Positions 1 through 11,599 of a DNA stretch of 47,542 nt are shown here, in pieces; the stretch's first letter is position 1; the number at the start of each line of letters is the position of its first letter. The notes under the pieces were generated by a model. It made no database searches. It was not told the origin of the DNA and saw only the letters and a program-made list of their open reading frames with translations. This DNA is from Klebsormidium nitens (Eukaryota; Plantae; Klebsormidiophyceae), in NCBI GenBank assembly GCA_000708835.1, contig DF237597.1:1-47542 (forward strand), read 5' to 3'. The position numbers were made by a program, and so were the translations under genes.

Positions 1-354
1 CCGAATCGCACATCCACGGCCCTCACAGAAACCCCGCCCATCCGACGGCCGAGAGAGTTGGGTGGGAATTGAAGCTCGCGCCGCCCCCCGCTTGGCGCAT
101 GCAGGGCGCAGACAGGCGCCACGTCCTGATGTCCTGCATTGTCTCTTCATCAGAAAACCTTTAACTAGCGGAATTACGTTCTCTGGTGATCTAGAGACTT
201 TCAAGGTTGGGCTTATAGAGTCGGTCAACGTGCCGGCGCCAGCATAAGATCAGATCAGGAACAATATGGCTAGCCATCAAAAGAGCAAGAAGTTAAATCA
301 GCCGCTGCAACGCGTTTATAAATCTTTACCGGTGAGACACTGGAGGAGCTGCAG

Positions 355-618
355 GATTGGCCTGTTCCAAACAAAGCGGAACGGAGCCTGGAATTGAGGA
401 AAGCGGGGTGGAGTCGAGCAAAGGCCAATGACCAAGCTGAGCTTGAGTTTAGAAAGGCAAAGGAGATGAACGCGACAGTGATCAAGCCGCTGAAGAGGTT
501 GAGGGAGCTGAATGAGGATGTCAGGAAGAACACCATGGTCCAATGGTTCGCGGTTGGATGGCACGCTGTGAATTGGTTCGTTATGCATAAGTTCTTTGAG
601 AAGTGGGACCGAGTTTGA
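355..618 (+). CDS. Possible terminal coding exon of an unidentified gene
   Basis: Open frame after ctgcag: DWPVPNKAERSLELRKAGW...VQWFAVGWHAVNWFVMHKFFEKWDRV*, with coding-like GC3 bias. A candidate upstream exon at about 152-203 ends TTCAAG|gttggg. The acceptor lacks a good pyrimidine tract and no family was recognised. Confidence 0.35.
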   Translation, partial: DWPVPNKAERSLELRKAGWSRAKANDQAELEFRKAKEMNATVIKPLKRLRELNEDVRKNTMVQWFAVGWHAVNWFVMHKFFEKWDRV

Positions 619-2354
619 GCCGTGCTGCAGGGGTGCTGCAGCTGGACTTGGAATAGTTGATTCTTTACGTAGAATGCCATGAAACCTGACGCTATACCAG
701 TTTAATCCAGCGGGAATCAGAGTGTTGAGGGAGGTTGAAGAGCACGAGCGTAAGCATGATTCGTAATCTGCAAGCACAGACGAGACTCGTCTGAGAGCCT
801 TGTACCATAAACCTTACAAAAACAAAGGAGAACAAGAGCTTTTCTTGAATCAAACGTCTCAAGTAGGAAGCTATGACATAGGGCTACTGTTTTTCACTCT
901 TTGCCTTCCAGCCTAGCCATTACCTGATTACAAAACGCTGGACCGACAGATCAAGGTGACTTGAAGCAGGACGCTCGACTCGGACGGTTGACGTTGTCTT
1001 CTGCAAGTAGGCACTTCCCTTCACCTCAAATGCACCCTGCCGTGCGTTCTAAAACGGTCGAGATGCATTATGTTCAGGAGGAAATTTGCTATATATATTT
1101 TGCGGCTTTGCGGCGGGCAAATATTGCTTCGATTTGAAATCACGAAAGAAGAAAAGACCGCCACACGCAACCGAAGTGCGACAAGGTACAGCTACACTCG
1201 TTGAAGCAGGAGTACGCGTCGCCAAAGACCTGGCGAAGCCACGTGCGCAAGGGGCCATGCATGTAGCACGGGCGCGCCCATCTTGAAGCATTCTTAAGCA
1301 GCACTAAGGGGTCTCGCATCATGATAAGTGTCTGCCGAGTTGCTCAAACGCGCGTCCAAATTGCAGATTCAACGAGCTCTATCGGTACAGCAGTCGCATG
1401 CTGGCTACTATACAAACATTGAAGGCGGCTCCGGCCTTGGATGATATACTTGTCTTATAAGTTGTCGTGCATCGCAACAGTGGCGCTAACGTTTTGAAAT
1501 ACTGGCCGGCGGGCCCTGGGCCCTAGGGCGCAGAGGATTGTAGTACAGTAATTGGGCAAGCCGCCCGGACATGTGAATGCATGCGTTAATTAGCGCCCAT
1601 GTGTGTGGCGCCGTGGGGCAAACAAGTATAAAGCATGCACAGAAATCAGAACATGTGCATGTTATTGCAGATCGATCATGCCAGACTTATCATGACTCGA
1701 GCTACCATATCAAACGTCCACGTTCAATGAGATCTTTTTCAAATTATATGCAGCGCCGCGCACAAGATCGCGCTTCATGTCTCGACATTCACGATGCTTG
1801 ATATTGCATGATCGATGATATTGCTGAGTCCTGTATACACATGTGCTGCCAGTCATACCATTGGTCCTGTACGTTGCACATCCGCAGATGAGCTACTAGC
1901 TAGGTAGATCATTATCAGGCCCTCGTCACTGCATGTCTTATGACGCAACAGCTGCGTACGCATATCGGCGCACATGTAGATTTTCCGAGCCTGTCGAGGT
2001 AGGCCCGGTAAACGTTTGTCCCGGAATATTCACGCGACTTAGTGGCATTCCTACGTATAAGTTTTGTTGATGCGATATCTTGTGTATGTATCGCTGATCA
2101 TTCGCTGATCATTCATGCGTGATCAGATAGTATGCATCGCTGCTTCTTTCGCCGTGACGTATTTTGATGAAGAACGGCGGTGCAAAACTGCTTGCCAAAC
2201 ACTGATAAGTACTTTGAATTCAAAAAAATTCGGTTGACTCTATACGATCGTTTGCACGAACACACATTTCCAGCTCTCAGTAAGTTCAAACGACTTTCCT
2301 ACGCCTAAACCTCACTCTCTTAAGTTGTCTGAATAAGTTAACGGGCACCGTTCA

Positions 2355-5300
2355 TCAACTGCTATTCCTCGGCGCGACACTCACGCGAATGTAATCATAA
2401 TTCGCACTCCCTTGGAGGCTTCCCGCCGTGTTGAAGATAAATAACCCGAACCGGAACCCGACGTAAACCCGGACCCGGTACTCGGTTTTCCAGGACGGAC
2501 CGAGCGGAGTGAAAGTCTGGCCGTCGGTGCTGTAGGCGAAACTGGCTTGCTGACTCCCCTCCGTGAAGGTCGCCTGGAGATATACCGTTGTTGCTGACGC
2601 AGGCAATGGTGCGGTCACGGGGGGGACGGCGTTCTCCACTTGCGTGATCGTGAGAGATGTTCCGGTCTGCAGGATGTTCAAAACGGGTTAAGTAATCGGA
2701 TCCTTGTTATTGTCTCCTGACCAGCTTTGGGGAGCGGTGCGGTTACCGTTTGGAAGCCAGTGCTCTTCAAATGAGCGTAGGGTTACCTCCAATCAGGATC
2801 CCGAGGAACTCTGAAGAAAGGACTTGCAACTTTGGGCTATGTTGCACACAGAAGTGGACGGGCTTAAGTGAGTTCCGTGCATATCAGACATTCCAATCAG
2901 GGAGAAATTTGACGATCTCAGGATGTGAGAACCGGCCCGCAAAGTAACAAATTTGCACGACAGCTGAATAGGCTCAATAGATCGGAATGTGATATATGTA
3001 GAGGCCAGCTCGTTGAGCTTGAGCTGGTATTCTTAGAAGGACAGACACTGGAGCGGACACAAACCGAGCCGTCTGGCAAACCTCCGTCAGGCACCGGGGA
3101 TCTTATAGTACCAGATTCACAAGCAGGAGAGTTACCGGAGAAGCAGAATGCAACTGCAAAAATGACCCAAAGAACAACCATAGGTTTACGTACGGGTTTC
3201 TGGACAAACTTCCGGACAAAAGCTGTGGACGGGGGCAGGCCAGCACAGGAAGAGTTTGGCCTGCTAACCAGGCTGGGTAACCCAAATTGGGTCGGGTAAT
3301 TTGCCGTATAACCGGCCTGCGACGAGCGAAGACCGCCCGAAGAGTCTGCTTCCTGGTCATTGGATATGTATCCAGCTTCTAACCAGCACGTAACCAACAA
3401 AAATAACCGCCAGGAAACTGTGTGCAGACCACCAGAAAAATGGGGTTAAATAAAGAGCGAGCCGCTCACCTTTCGGACCCCGATGTAGGCGTACTCGACC
3501 TGGAAGATGGACAGCCCTGCCACGTCACCATCCACCAGGCCGCTGACGTCAAGCGCCACCGTGGCCACGCTCTGGGGTCCCCACACGCGTTGCGTCAGCT
3601 GGTTTCGCACCATGGTTAGGTTGCCGTTTGCGATGGCCTGCGGGTTAAGAGCGGGGGTTTAGAGGGTTAGGATGGCGGTGTTTTGAAGTACTACGAAAGA
3701 TGTCTCGAAGGCGATACAGAAACAAAGGCTATCCCAGTCCGTATAAAAGCTATGGGAACAGGGCGACGAGCAATTCACAACGGGCCGCGGAGCGAAGATG
3801 CCATGAAAGCTGCGCTTTCGAACAAGTTGTGAAACCAGTGACATACGCCACAGCAAGCACAGGATACCGGAATCACACGACAGGGGATCCCAAGTTGCAC
3901 TCCTTGTACCAAGGGCGATAATTTACATGCTGACGTCTTCACGAAGCATCCAGACACACCAACCCAAAAAGGCCCGAGTAAAGGAGACCCTGGCGGTGCA
4001 TAGTGGTTATTTCCAGGGACGACTGACGCTATGCTGACGTCCTCAGATGCTATACGAACCAAGCACCCACCGAAAAGCTCCGATGAAGCATACCGTGGCG
4101 GTGTGTAGTGTCAAGTTCCAGGGGAATTTGACGACATGCTGACGTCCTCACATACTATTTGAACAAATCATCCGCAGCAAGGCTCCAATGAAGCGTACCG
4201 TGGCGGTGTGAAGTGTCAAGTTCCAGGGAATTTAATGATATGCAAACCTCCCCAGATGTTATTCAATCAAACCATCCACAGGAGGGCTCAAACAAAGGAA
4301 TTCATGGCGTGTCAAGTCCCAGGGGCGATTGATGATATGCTGACGTCCTCATATGCTATCTGAACAAACCGGCTCCAAGCGTACCGTGGCGGTGTGTAGT
4401 GTCAAGTACCCAGGTCGCTCGGTCAGGCTCCACTTGGTGTTGTCGGGCTGGTGGTTCCATTGCCACTGCATCCCGAGCGTTGTCCTGTTAAACTCGTCGG
4501 ACGTCGCCGGGAAGATGTCCGGGGAATAGATACCGCTCGGGTAAGGGACCGTCTGCTGCGCCTTGCCGTCGCTGCAAAGATCAGAAATACAGCTTCGAAT
4601 GGCGTACTCGTTGTCACAGGCGGATGCTGTCTTAAGTATAAAAAAGGAGCTTGAATGTCAGGAATCAAGATCCTTTCAGAAGGTGATGGAACCCCGGCGA
4701 CTATCCCCTCTCAAACCCGGAGAGTTGTGGCTTTTGCAATGTTCTTCTTAGATTGAGAACGAAAGTCTGCCGTGACTGTAGTTGATTCCAAAAGCGTCAA
4801 GGTCGCCTGAGGTGCCTAGCAGAGCATGAGCCCGAGCGATAAGGCACAACTGACTCTTGATAAGGCAGTCCCAAATGTCACATGTCTGATAGCCAGCATG
4901 TTTGTCCGTCATGGAAAAAACGGGAACGCGGCTCTTCTGCTTTCCTCAGAAGCAAGAGTCCACCTACGATTGGAAAACACGTCACACGTTCAACACTATA
5001 TTGTCGAGTGTCTTTACCTGGTATGAGCGACATTCGAACATACTGCTTTTGTCAAAATGCAAGAAGCTCACCCTATGGTTGGCCAGCCGTCGACGAACTT
5101 GACTTGTTGAATTATGGGCAGGCGGCCGACCGCGTCGTGGTCTTGAAGCAAGTAGCTCCACCATTCGCCTACAAACGATTCAGGTAAAGAATGAGGAAAA
5201 CGGTCGCGCTTTGAAAGTGGGCGTCGGATTTATAAGCACACTAGTGAGACCGAGTCCTGAGGAGATACTAGCAACTCTTGCGTTCACGGCAATACAGGAG

Positions 5301-8300
5301 TATTGGGCACCTCAACTATAACTCCTAACCTAAAAGATCAGCCGCTCCGCACCCGCACCCCTCCTACCCCCCTGATTCACCCCACCCGTCCCCCGGGTGC
5401 TTATCCTAGTGAACACACCCCTCAGTGAACGCAAGAGCTGCCAAAATCTAAAGAAGGCTGAAGGGAGGCTCGAAAAGCTGACTGTAAGACGTCCGATAAA
5501 CTCGACTCCGTACGTTTAAAATGTCGAATATGTAGGTGCACTTGCGAGTGCAGACGCCCACTTCAATCACTGCCGGATCTATCTTTCAACCAGCCAACAA
5601 GACACCTGGATTCGACTGAAGCATTTTATTGTTGGCTTGACGATTCCCTGTGGAATTGAAAACGAGTATTGACTCCGCAGAGACCAAAAATGATGGGAGC
5701 AACATCTGCGAATATTAAAGGATTCCTTTGTTTGGCGGCACCGATGTTCACAGTGAAGGAAGAAAGACCAAGGATCTTTTGCGATCCGCAGCGATCCGGA
5801 TGGAAACGAGTACATCTGTGCAAGGAGGTGAAAGAGAATTGCTTCCTCGGGTAAACGAACCGGCAAGCTCTCAACTTTTGTCATGCTTCGTGACAATCGG
5901 CAAGCCCTCAACTTTTGTCAAAACCATGTTTCCTTACAAAACGCCGATTCTTCGTTGCTTGCAAGAAAAATGCCCAATCATCAGAGCCGGAACAAGGTCG
6001 AGCAGAGAGTACAGGGACAGGACACACACGTCGGAAACAGAACTGCAGAGAAAGAGGTCTAGACTTCCAACCCATCACCAAACAACCAACTTTTCGTTAA
6101 GTCACTAACCGTTGGTCGTGTTGACCAGGCAGCCCTGGTGGATGCTGTTCTCCTTATACCCCAAATTGTCTTCCCCGAGCCCTTGCAGCACCTTGTAATA
6201 CTCATAAGGACCAGTTGGGTTAGTCGCTCGGAGCGCCATTTGCTGGCCCTCGCCACCCCCCCAAAGCGCGTAAATGTAATAAGTGCCGTTGGATTTGTAC
6301 ATGTGAGAGCCCTCGATGCCGTAAAACCTGCTCGCAAACCCGGGGTACTGGACGGAGTCGTTCACGACTGCGGAGCAAGGTTTAACAGGGTTAAGGGTTG
6401 GGTCAAGTACTGTTTGAGTTGCAGGATTGGGAGCAAGGGTTAAGAGGGTTAAGGGTTGGGTTACGTTCTGCTTGAGTTGCGGAACGGGTTGATGCAGAGA
6501 TTTGTTGAGTGCGCGGTAGACAAGGGACAGGTAGCAACTGGGTCTCGGACAGAAGTGCAAGGTGGATCGATTGAAGGGCTCGCAAAGGTCATGATGTGAG
6601 AATTTGAGAGCGGATAGCCAAGGCCATGTTTTACCGTTGGGAGATGACGTGGCGTTTAGTATGCTCAGAGAATGAAGTTGAAACAGGATGCTTAACAGTA
6701 TCGACAAACAGTGTTGGAAAGGGGAAAGTTAAGGAGGAGCTCTGAACTCGCAAGCGTTTGACAAACGAAGAATCAGAGGCTCAAGTATGACACGAGTATA
6801 CTCAAGGTGTGCTGTAAACTGGCTGGGAAGTGACGTCAGCGGCTCACTCTGCACGGGGCTGCCTATGGGCTGGAAGTCTGGACTCAAAGTGTAGACGTTC
6901 AGTTGTCCATGGCCGCAAACCGCGTAGATGCTGTTGTCATCGTCGAAGAACAGCCCTGCAAGCAGCGCAAATGCTGACGTCAGGATCGGAAAACCTGTTG
7001 TCAAACCTGACTGCCGACATTTTAACAGGAGAAGCGGTGCCGTCATCGTCGGGTGGTAGCCATCCACGCAGCTTGGGATGCTTCGCTCTCATGATGACGT
7101 CAGCATTCACGCCAGTGTGAGTACTCAGATCTGCGCGCTTGAAGATGAAGGTGTCTTGATCACCGGGATAAGCAAAAACGGGGAGCAGAAGCGGCACTTG
7201 GCTGGGCGTGCCCTGGCTACAGTCTCGGTTGTTCACTCTATGACCCATTGGTTTGTGTGGAGAGCAGTATTGCTGACTCTGCTAATCCGGCGAGCGTCGT
7301 CCAATGTCGTCACTCTAACCACGGTGCGATGGGTAGAGGAAACCACAAAAGCTCTCGCTTGGACAAGTTACTATTCCAAACCTTCAAGAAAGGGACACCA
7401 AACGATTTGCAATCCCCTATCGACTCTCGATATGGTGAAGGCCAAGAAGACGAGCTTCTCCGCGGGTGAAATCTACACGCTCTTCAGATCTTGCAAACCC
7501 CCAAAGATTCCTCACCCGGGTCCTGGCAGGCCCACCCGAGCGCGGTCACGCTCCACGGCCCCGCCGGGTCCGCGGCGCGTGAGAGCAACGCTCCGTTGTC
7601 GTTCATATTGGTCATGAGGTAAAACGTGTTGTTGTAAAAGCGCAGGCTGTTGGCCCAAGTGCCTGTCCCGTACTTGTCGCAGCCGTCCAGATTGTAACAC
7701 TTCGCGTCGATCGACGGCGGGAGTTGCGGGATGGCGTGCGAGAGGTATTCCCAGTTGATCAGATCGCGCGAGTGCATAATCTGCGGGGTAAGTAAGGAGA
7801 GGTTTAGGCCCGAACTTAAAAATAGTACTCAGCAAAGGGTGAGAGGGCGTTGTGAAGAGAGCGATAGGGAAAGGAGTGCAACAAGTGGTTTCAGGCAGGG
7901 TTTGCAGGGTGTGTTTCTGAAGCGCTCTAACAATCCGTTTTGGAAAGGCTTGTGGAGATCATCCTTCGTCTTCAGCTTAGATGCGTATCTGTCTAGGCAG
8001 TCAATTCGTAGCGGAATGTGAGGACGACAAGTGGCTCCACATTGTTCTGCTCGGTGGTCGAAAGGTATTCCTCTAATAAATGTACTACGCAAGCTTTTGG
8101 TTGACAAGCGCTCTTGGTCCAGACGAGCGCCTTCAACCAGAGGCGGCGCAGAAAAAGACAAAATGTGTAGCCGACTGAGTCTAAGAGTGGCTCTGAACGC
8201 AGCCACGAATAAGACCGGCTGATGTCACAACCGACGTACCGAAAGCGATGTTTGAATGTACGAGGCGGATGCAGACAAGCGGCAGGTAACGTGCAACCTG

Positions 8301-11300
8301 CTCTGACGTCAGCATAATAACTTTCTCTAAACGTCAAACTGCCTCACGTGTGCTCCTGGGAACATGTGGAAGCTAGTCACCGCCATGTAGAAGTCGTTCT
8401 GGACGCGGATGACGTCAGGATCGGCAAACTCGGCGAACATCACCGGGTTGCTGAACTGGCCTGCGAGGAAGATCGTGCCAGAGAATAAGCTGTCGTCTGG
8501 TGATAGGTTATTCGCAGAGATGTATAACTGTCCGGAGTGGAGGGGCTGAATATCTGCAGGATTACTAACGGTGAAAGTATGACGGGGTTGCTAACCTGGC
8601 CTGCGGAGAAGGAGAGGGCAGGGGCGGATACGGGATGAGGAAGCGATGGGTGGCAGAGTACCGTATGAGCAGAGATTGGAAGACGACTTCGACCAGCAGG
8701 CCGCAGGAGTGACAAAAAATCAGGAACGGGGCAAAATGTGTCAAAAGCAGAGGCATATGAACATGGCTCTTCAGAAGGGGTGGTGGCTTCGAAAAGCAAT
8801 GGTCGGGTCACATGAGCGGGGGCCATCTAGCTGGTTCGAGCAGGTCTGATTGATCTCATCGAGGCACCTGAAGCGTTGGGGTTTATGGAGATCATAACAC
8901 CACACATGCCCCCTGATTCGACTCCTTTGACCTCATTTCTCAATCAATCTACGTGAAGTGTCACAGAGGCCCGACTTCTGTCTTACATATACTCACTTCT
9001 CAAGTAACCACGTTTGTTGAGTGCCCATTCACACCACCTCACCTGGGGGTGCCCCAACCGGGGCGAGCTGCTGCGTCTGGGGCAGTGGGGCTGACGCCGG
9101 GGCAAAGGGTCCAAAGGCCCCCGGCGCAGGCGCCCTCGCGCCTAGTTGCGCCGTCGCGTTTCCGAAGACAAGCGTTCCAATCAGAAGGAGAGTGCCGTTC
9201 GACGATTGGGTTGAGTTCACGGTTAGACTGCCGTTCAGGGCAAACAGAGGCGTGCTTCGTGAGGCGTTTGTGGCGGTCCGGTTCGGGAGTGTAAGTTGGC
9301 ACCCAAGGACCAGGGTCCCGTTAACCGAAAGGGTTTGGTTAGTGGGTATGCTAGCGTTGGTCGCATTGGCGGAGGAGTTCAGTAGTGGAGAGAAGGTTAG
9401 CACCAGGGTTACGGTCTGGTTAAGCGAGTTAGTCACGTTGAAGGGGTTTGCGGAAGGAGCAACGAATAAAGTGTTGTTTGAGCCGCTGATTAGAGTGAGG
9501 TTGACGGCTGCGGAAGCAATGATGGGTTGGGAGAGGTTTAGGGAGGTTTGGAGGAGTGGAGGGGTTTGGGTGGTGTTGAGTGAGGTCAGATTGACGCTGC
9601 TGAGGCGCGCCTGGAGGGCTGTCTGAAGGCTTGACACCAGCGCGGCAAACGCGGTTTGGTTCTGGGAGAGCGCCGTCCTGCGCAGGAGAAAATTGATGGC
9701 AGCGTTACGAGATGTTCAAAGCATAATCAATCGTGCTACTGAATGATGAGCCTCATTTGACCGAGAAGATAAAGAAGCAGTGCGCTTTCTTGACACATGG
9801 AAACGTAGTAGACCATTGGCTAACATGGTATTAAAATGCGGGAGAACCCGAGCCAAAAAAAACCGAAGATTACCACTACACATTACTTTTCACCAGGAGA
9901 TAGGAGCACATTAAAGCAAGAAAACTAATCTAAAAAACCTTGGAAGACCATCAGCTGAGAGTGAGGGGGGAGGGGCATGGCTCACGTGAGGTTTGATTGG
10001 AGAGTCTGGTTTGTCTGGCCGTTGACCGCACTCACAGCAAAAGCTGCAGAAGAGATTTGTCAAGTCACCGATCAGAAAGCGTCAGTTTCTCAACAAGCTC
10101 GCGAGTGGTTTCCCTGGTAGCAAGACTCTTCATCAGGACTTCCCCCTTTGAGACGGCTCGTTTTGCAGGCTCTTGTAGATGTGAGAGGTTGAGTAGAAGG
10201 CTGCTTCAGCGCACTGCTCCTTTCTCGCGGATCCCGTAGCTTCTCATACAGCTCACATGATCTCTGACGTCAAAGAATCCAGATACTGCCGATGTTCAAT
10301 GAGGAGAACCAAACTCTAGGTAAGATGAACGTCTAAATGTAAGCTTCAGAGTAACCAAGTACTTCTTTGTGGCAACTTGAACTACCCATGCTTGCACATT
10401 TGTCAGGCTTCGAAAGCGTCAGATTGAAAAGCAGTAATCGCAAAAGGAAGTAAAGAGGGGTGGGGGGCAGCAAACAAGAGAAGCTCAAGAGCCCAAGAAT
10501 TGTTTGGGTGACAGTCCTAAGTTTTGACCACCCTCGCAGAAAGGAACAAGCCATAGCATAACACCTAAGGCACCCCCAACTTGCTTGCGAATGTGCCTCG
10601 TGCGCCCAATCTTTACAATGATTGTGGTTCAAAAATGGTGGTGTAGCGACCATACTTTAGCGCAGGCCACCGAAAGCTTTGCGCTGAAAAAATGAGAGCG
10701 GAGGTGTTGATTGGATACTGGCACAAGCTCAAACTTTCAGGCTACAACTTGTGCGGTGGGGGATGTGCTGCTACTGACATCAGATAGGTGTCGACATTCT
10801 GGAGGAGTGTCCCAGATCGGGGCGTTTCTTTGCTGAGAGAAGTTTCAAGAGCTTTGTTCATCTCATCCAAGGAGTTGCGGAGAGCTGAGCCAAACATCTC
10901 TCACTCCCTGCTCCTCAGCAGACTTACTTAGAGTAATAAGCGGACTCTGCTGTGGTATGTCCCAAATGAACATGTTTAGAAACTACAGTGTGACGGGAGG
11001 TTCGGACGACAACGAGCAGCAAGCTACTGATGAGCTGGAATTTCAATTTCTGGAAAGTATTCTTGAGGAAAGCAGAAGTTATTCTTGAGGAAAAAGGGTG
11101 ATGCTTAAGCTTGAAGGAGAACATCAATGCTGCATATGTTTTTGGTGGCGCTTGCCAAGTGGGTGGTCAACATGGGGCCAAGTCAACAACTTGTGAAAGG
11201 AGTTCAGCATTGTGTTTTTAGAAAGGCTCAAAAGCTGCCCAAAGAGCAAAAACACTAAGAGATCTGAGGCGCCACCACTACTATACTGATGTCATCATAC

Positions 11301-11528
11301 CTTTCTGAAACATCTTGTCAGACAATGCTGTCCTCTGCCCGCTCTCAAGCCGATACCTTTACTCCAACCAAACCCTTGTTGCATAAAACGTTGATTCCCA
11401 AGCGCCATGACCTCGTGAGATGACTTCAAAGGTTTAGCTTAGAGAAGATGGGGAGCCGTAAGAAGAAGCTCACCAGCAAAGCAAGCTGCCACCAGAAGAA
11501 GCGCTCTCGGCGCCACGCATCCGCCCAT
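2355..11528 (-). CDS. Secreted glycoside hydrolase family 43 (FsAxh1/GH43_10-like beta-xylosidase/arabinofuranosidase) with C-terminal GH43_C2 beta-sandwich, 751 aa
   Basis: Exons: 11474-11528, 9986-10043, 9043-9677, 8348-8460, 7516-7780, 6848-6955, 6110-6367, 5072-5168, 4385-4571, 3470-3637, 2355-2666. All are GT-AG, phases match, total 2256 nt. Signal peptide MGGCVAPRALLLVAACFAAFAVSAVNG. Family motifs: NPVMFAEFADPDVIRV, HSRDLINWE, WANSLRF, QDPGLFFDDD, IEGSHMYK, IHQGCLV, GEWWSYLLQDHDAVGR, SDEFN..LGMQWQWNH, NQLTQRVWGP, GDVAGL. The three catalytic acids (D of ADPD, D of QDPG, E of EGSH) are present. Confidence 0.93.
3905..4413. repeat. Degenerate tandem array of about 104-bp units in GH43 intron 9; the last unit overlaps the end of exon 9 and its 5' splice site
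   Basis: Anchor tgctgacgtc at 3928, 4032, 4137, 4241 (degenerate) and 4338; spacing 104, 105, 104, 97. The 25-mer taccgtggcggtgtgtagtgtcaag at 4382-4406 recurs exactly at 4091-4115 and with one mismatch at 4196-4220. Confidence 0.9.
5305..5410 (+). mobile_element. Dispersed repeat with a Helitron-like 3' end (copy A, GH43 intron 7)
   Basis: About 75% identity by eye over about 100 nt with 40346-40443. Ends in hairpin cacccg-tcccc-cgggtg, a 6-nt spacer, then CTAG|T, which matches the Helitron 3' signature. No 5' end found. Confidence 0.45.
6372..6483. repeat. 58-bp direct duplication of the branch-point/pyrimidine tract before GH43 exon 7
   Basis: ggagcaagg(t/g)ttaa..gggttaagggttgggt.a.gt.ctg.ttgagttgc begins at 6372 and at 6430. 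Confidence 0.8.
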
Positions 11529-11599
11529 CTTGGCCGTCAGTGCCAGCCGCCGAGGACCAACTTACCAAAGGTATGTTGAACCACCCACGCGAGGTTGAA

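Noticed and set aside
2918-3400. 160-aa sense ORF in GH43 intron 10
   Set aside because: No clear splice sites or motifs, and exons 10 and 11 join in phase without it.
3640-3670. Telomere-like GGGTTA motifs
   Set aside because: No tandem array; position matches branch/pyrimidine tracts on the opposite strand.
7091-7280. Box C-like ATGATGA suggesting an intronic snoRNA
   Set aside because: No suitably spaced box D or terminal stem.
6975-8429. 19/20 match tgacgtcaggatcgg(a/c)aaac between intron 5 and exon 4 of GH43
   Set aside because: Half of it is the already enriched TGACGTCA motif, and there is no extension on either side.
9021-9626. 201-aa plus-strand ORF
   Set aside because: Antisense to GH43 exon 3, which has proper splice sites and phase.
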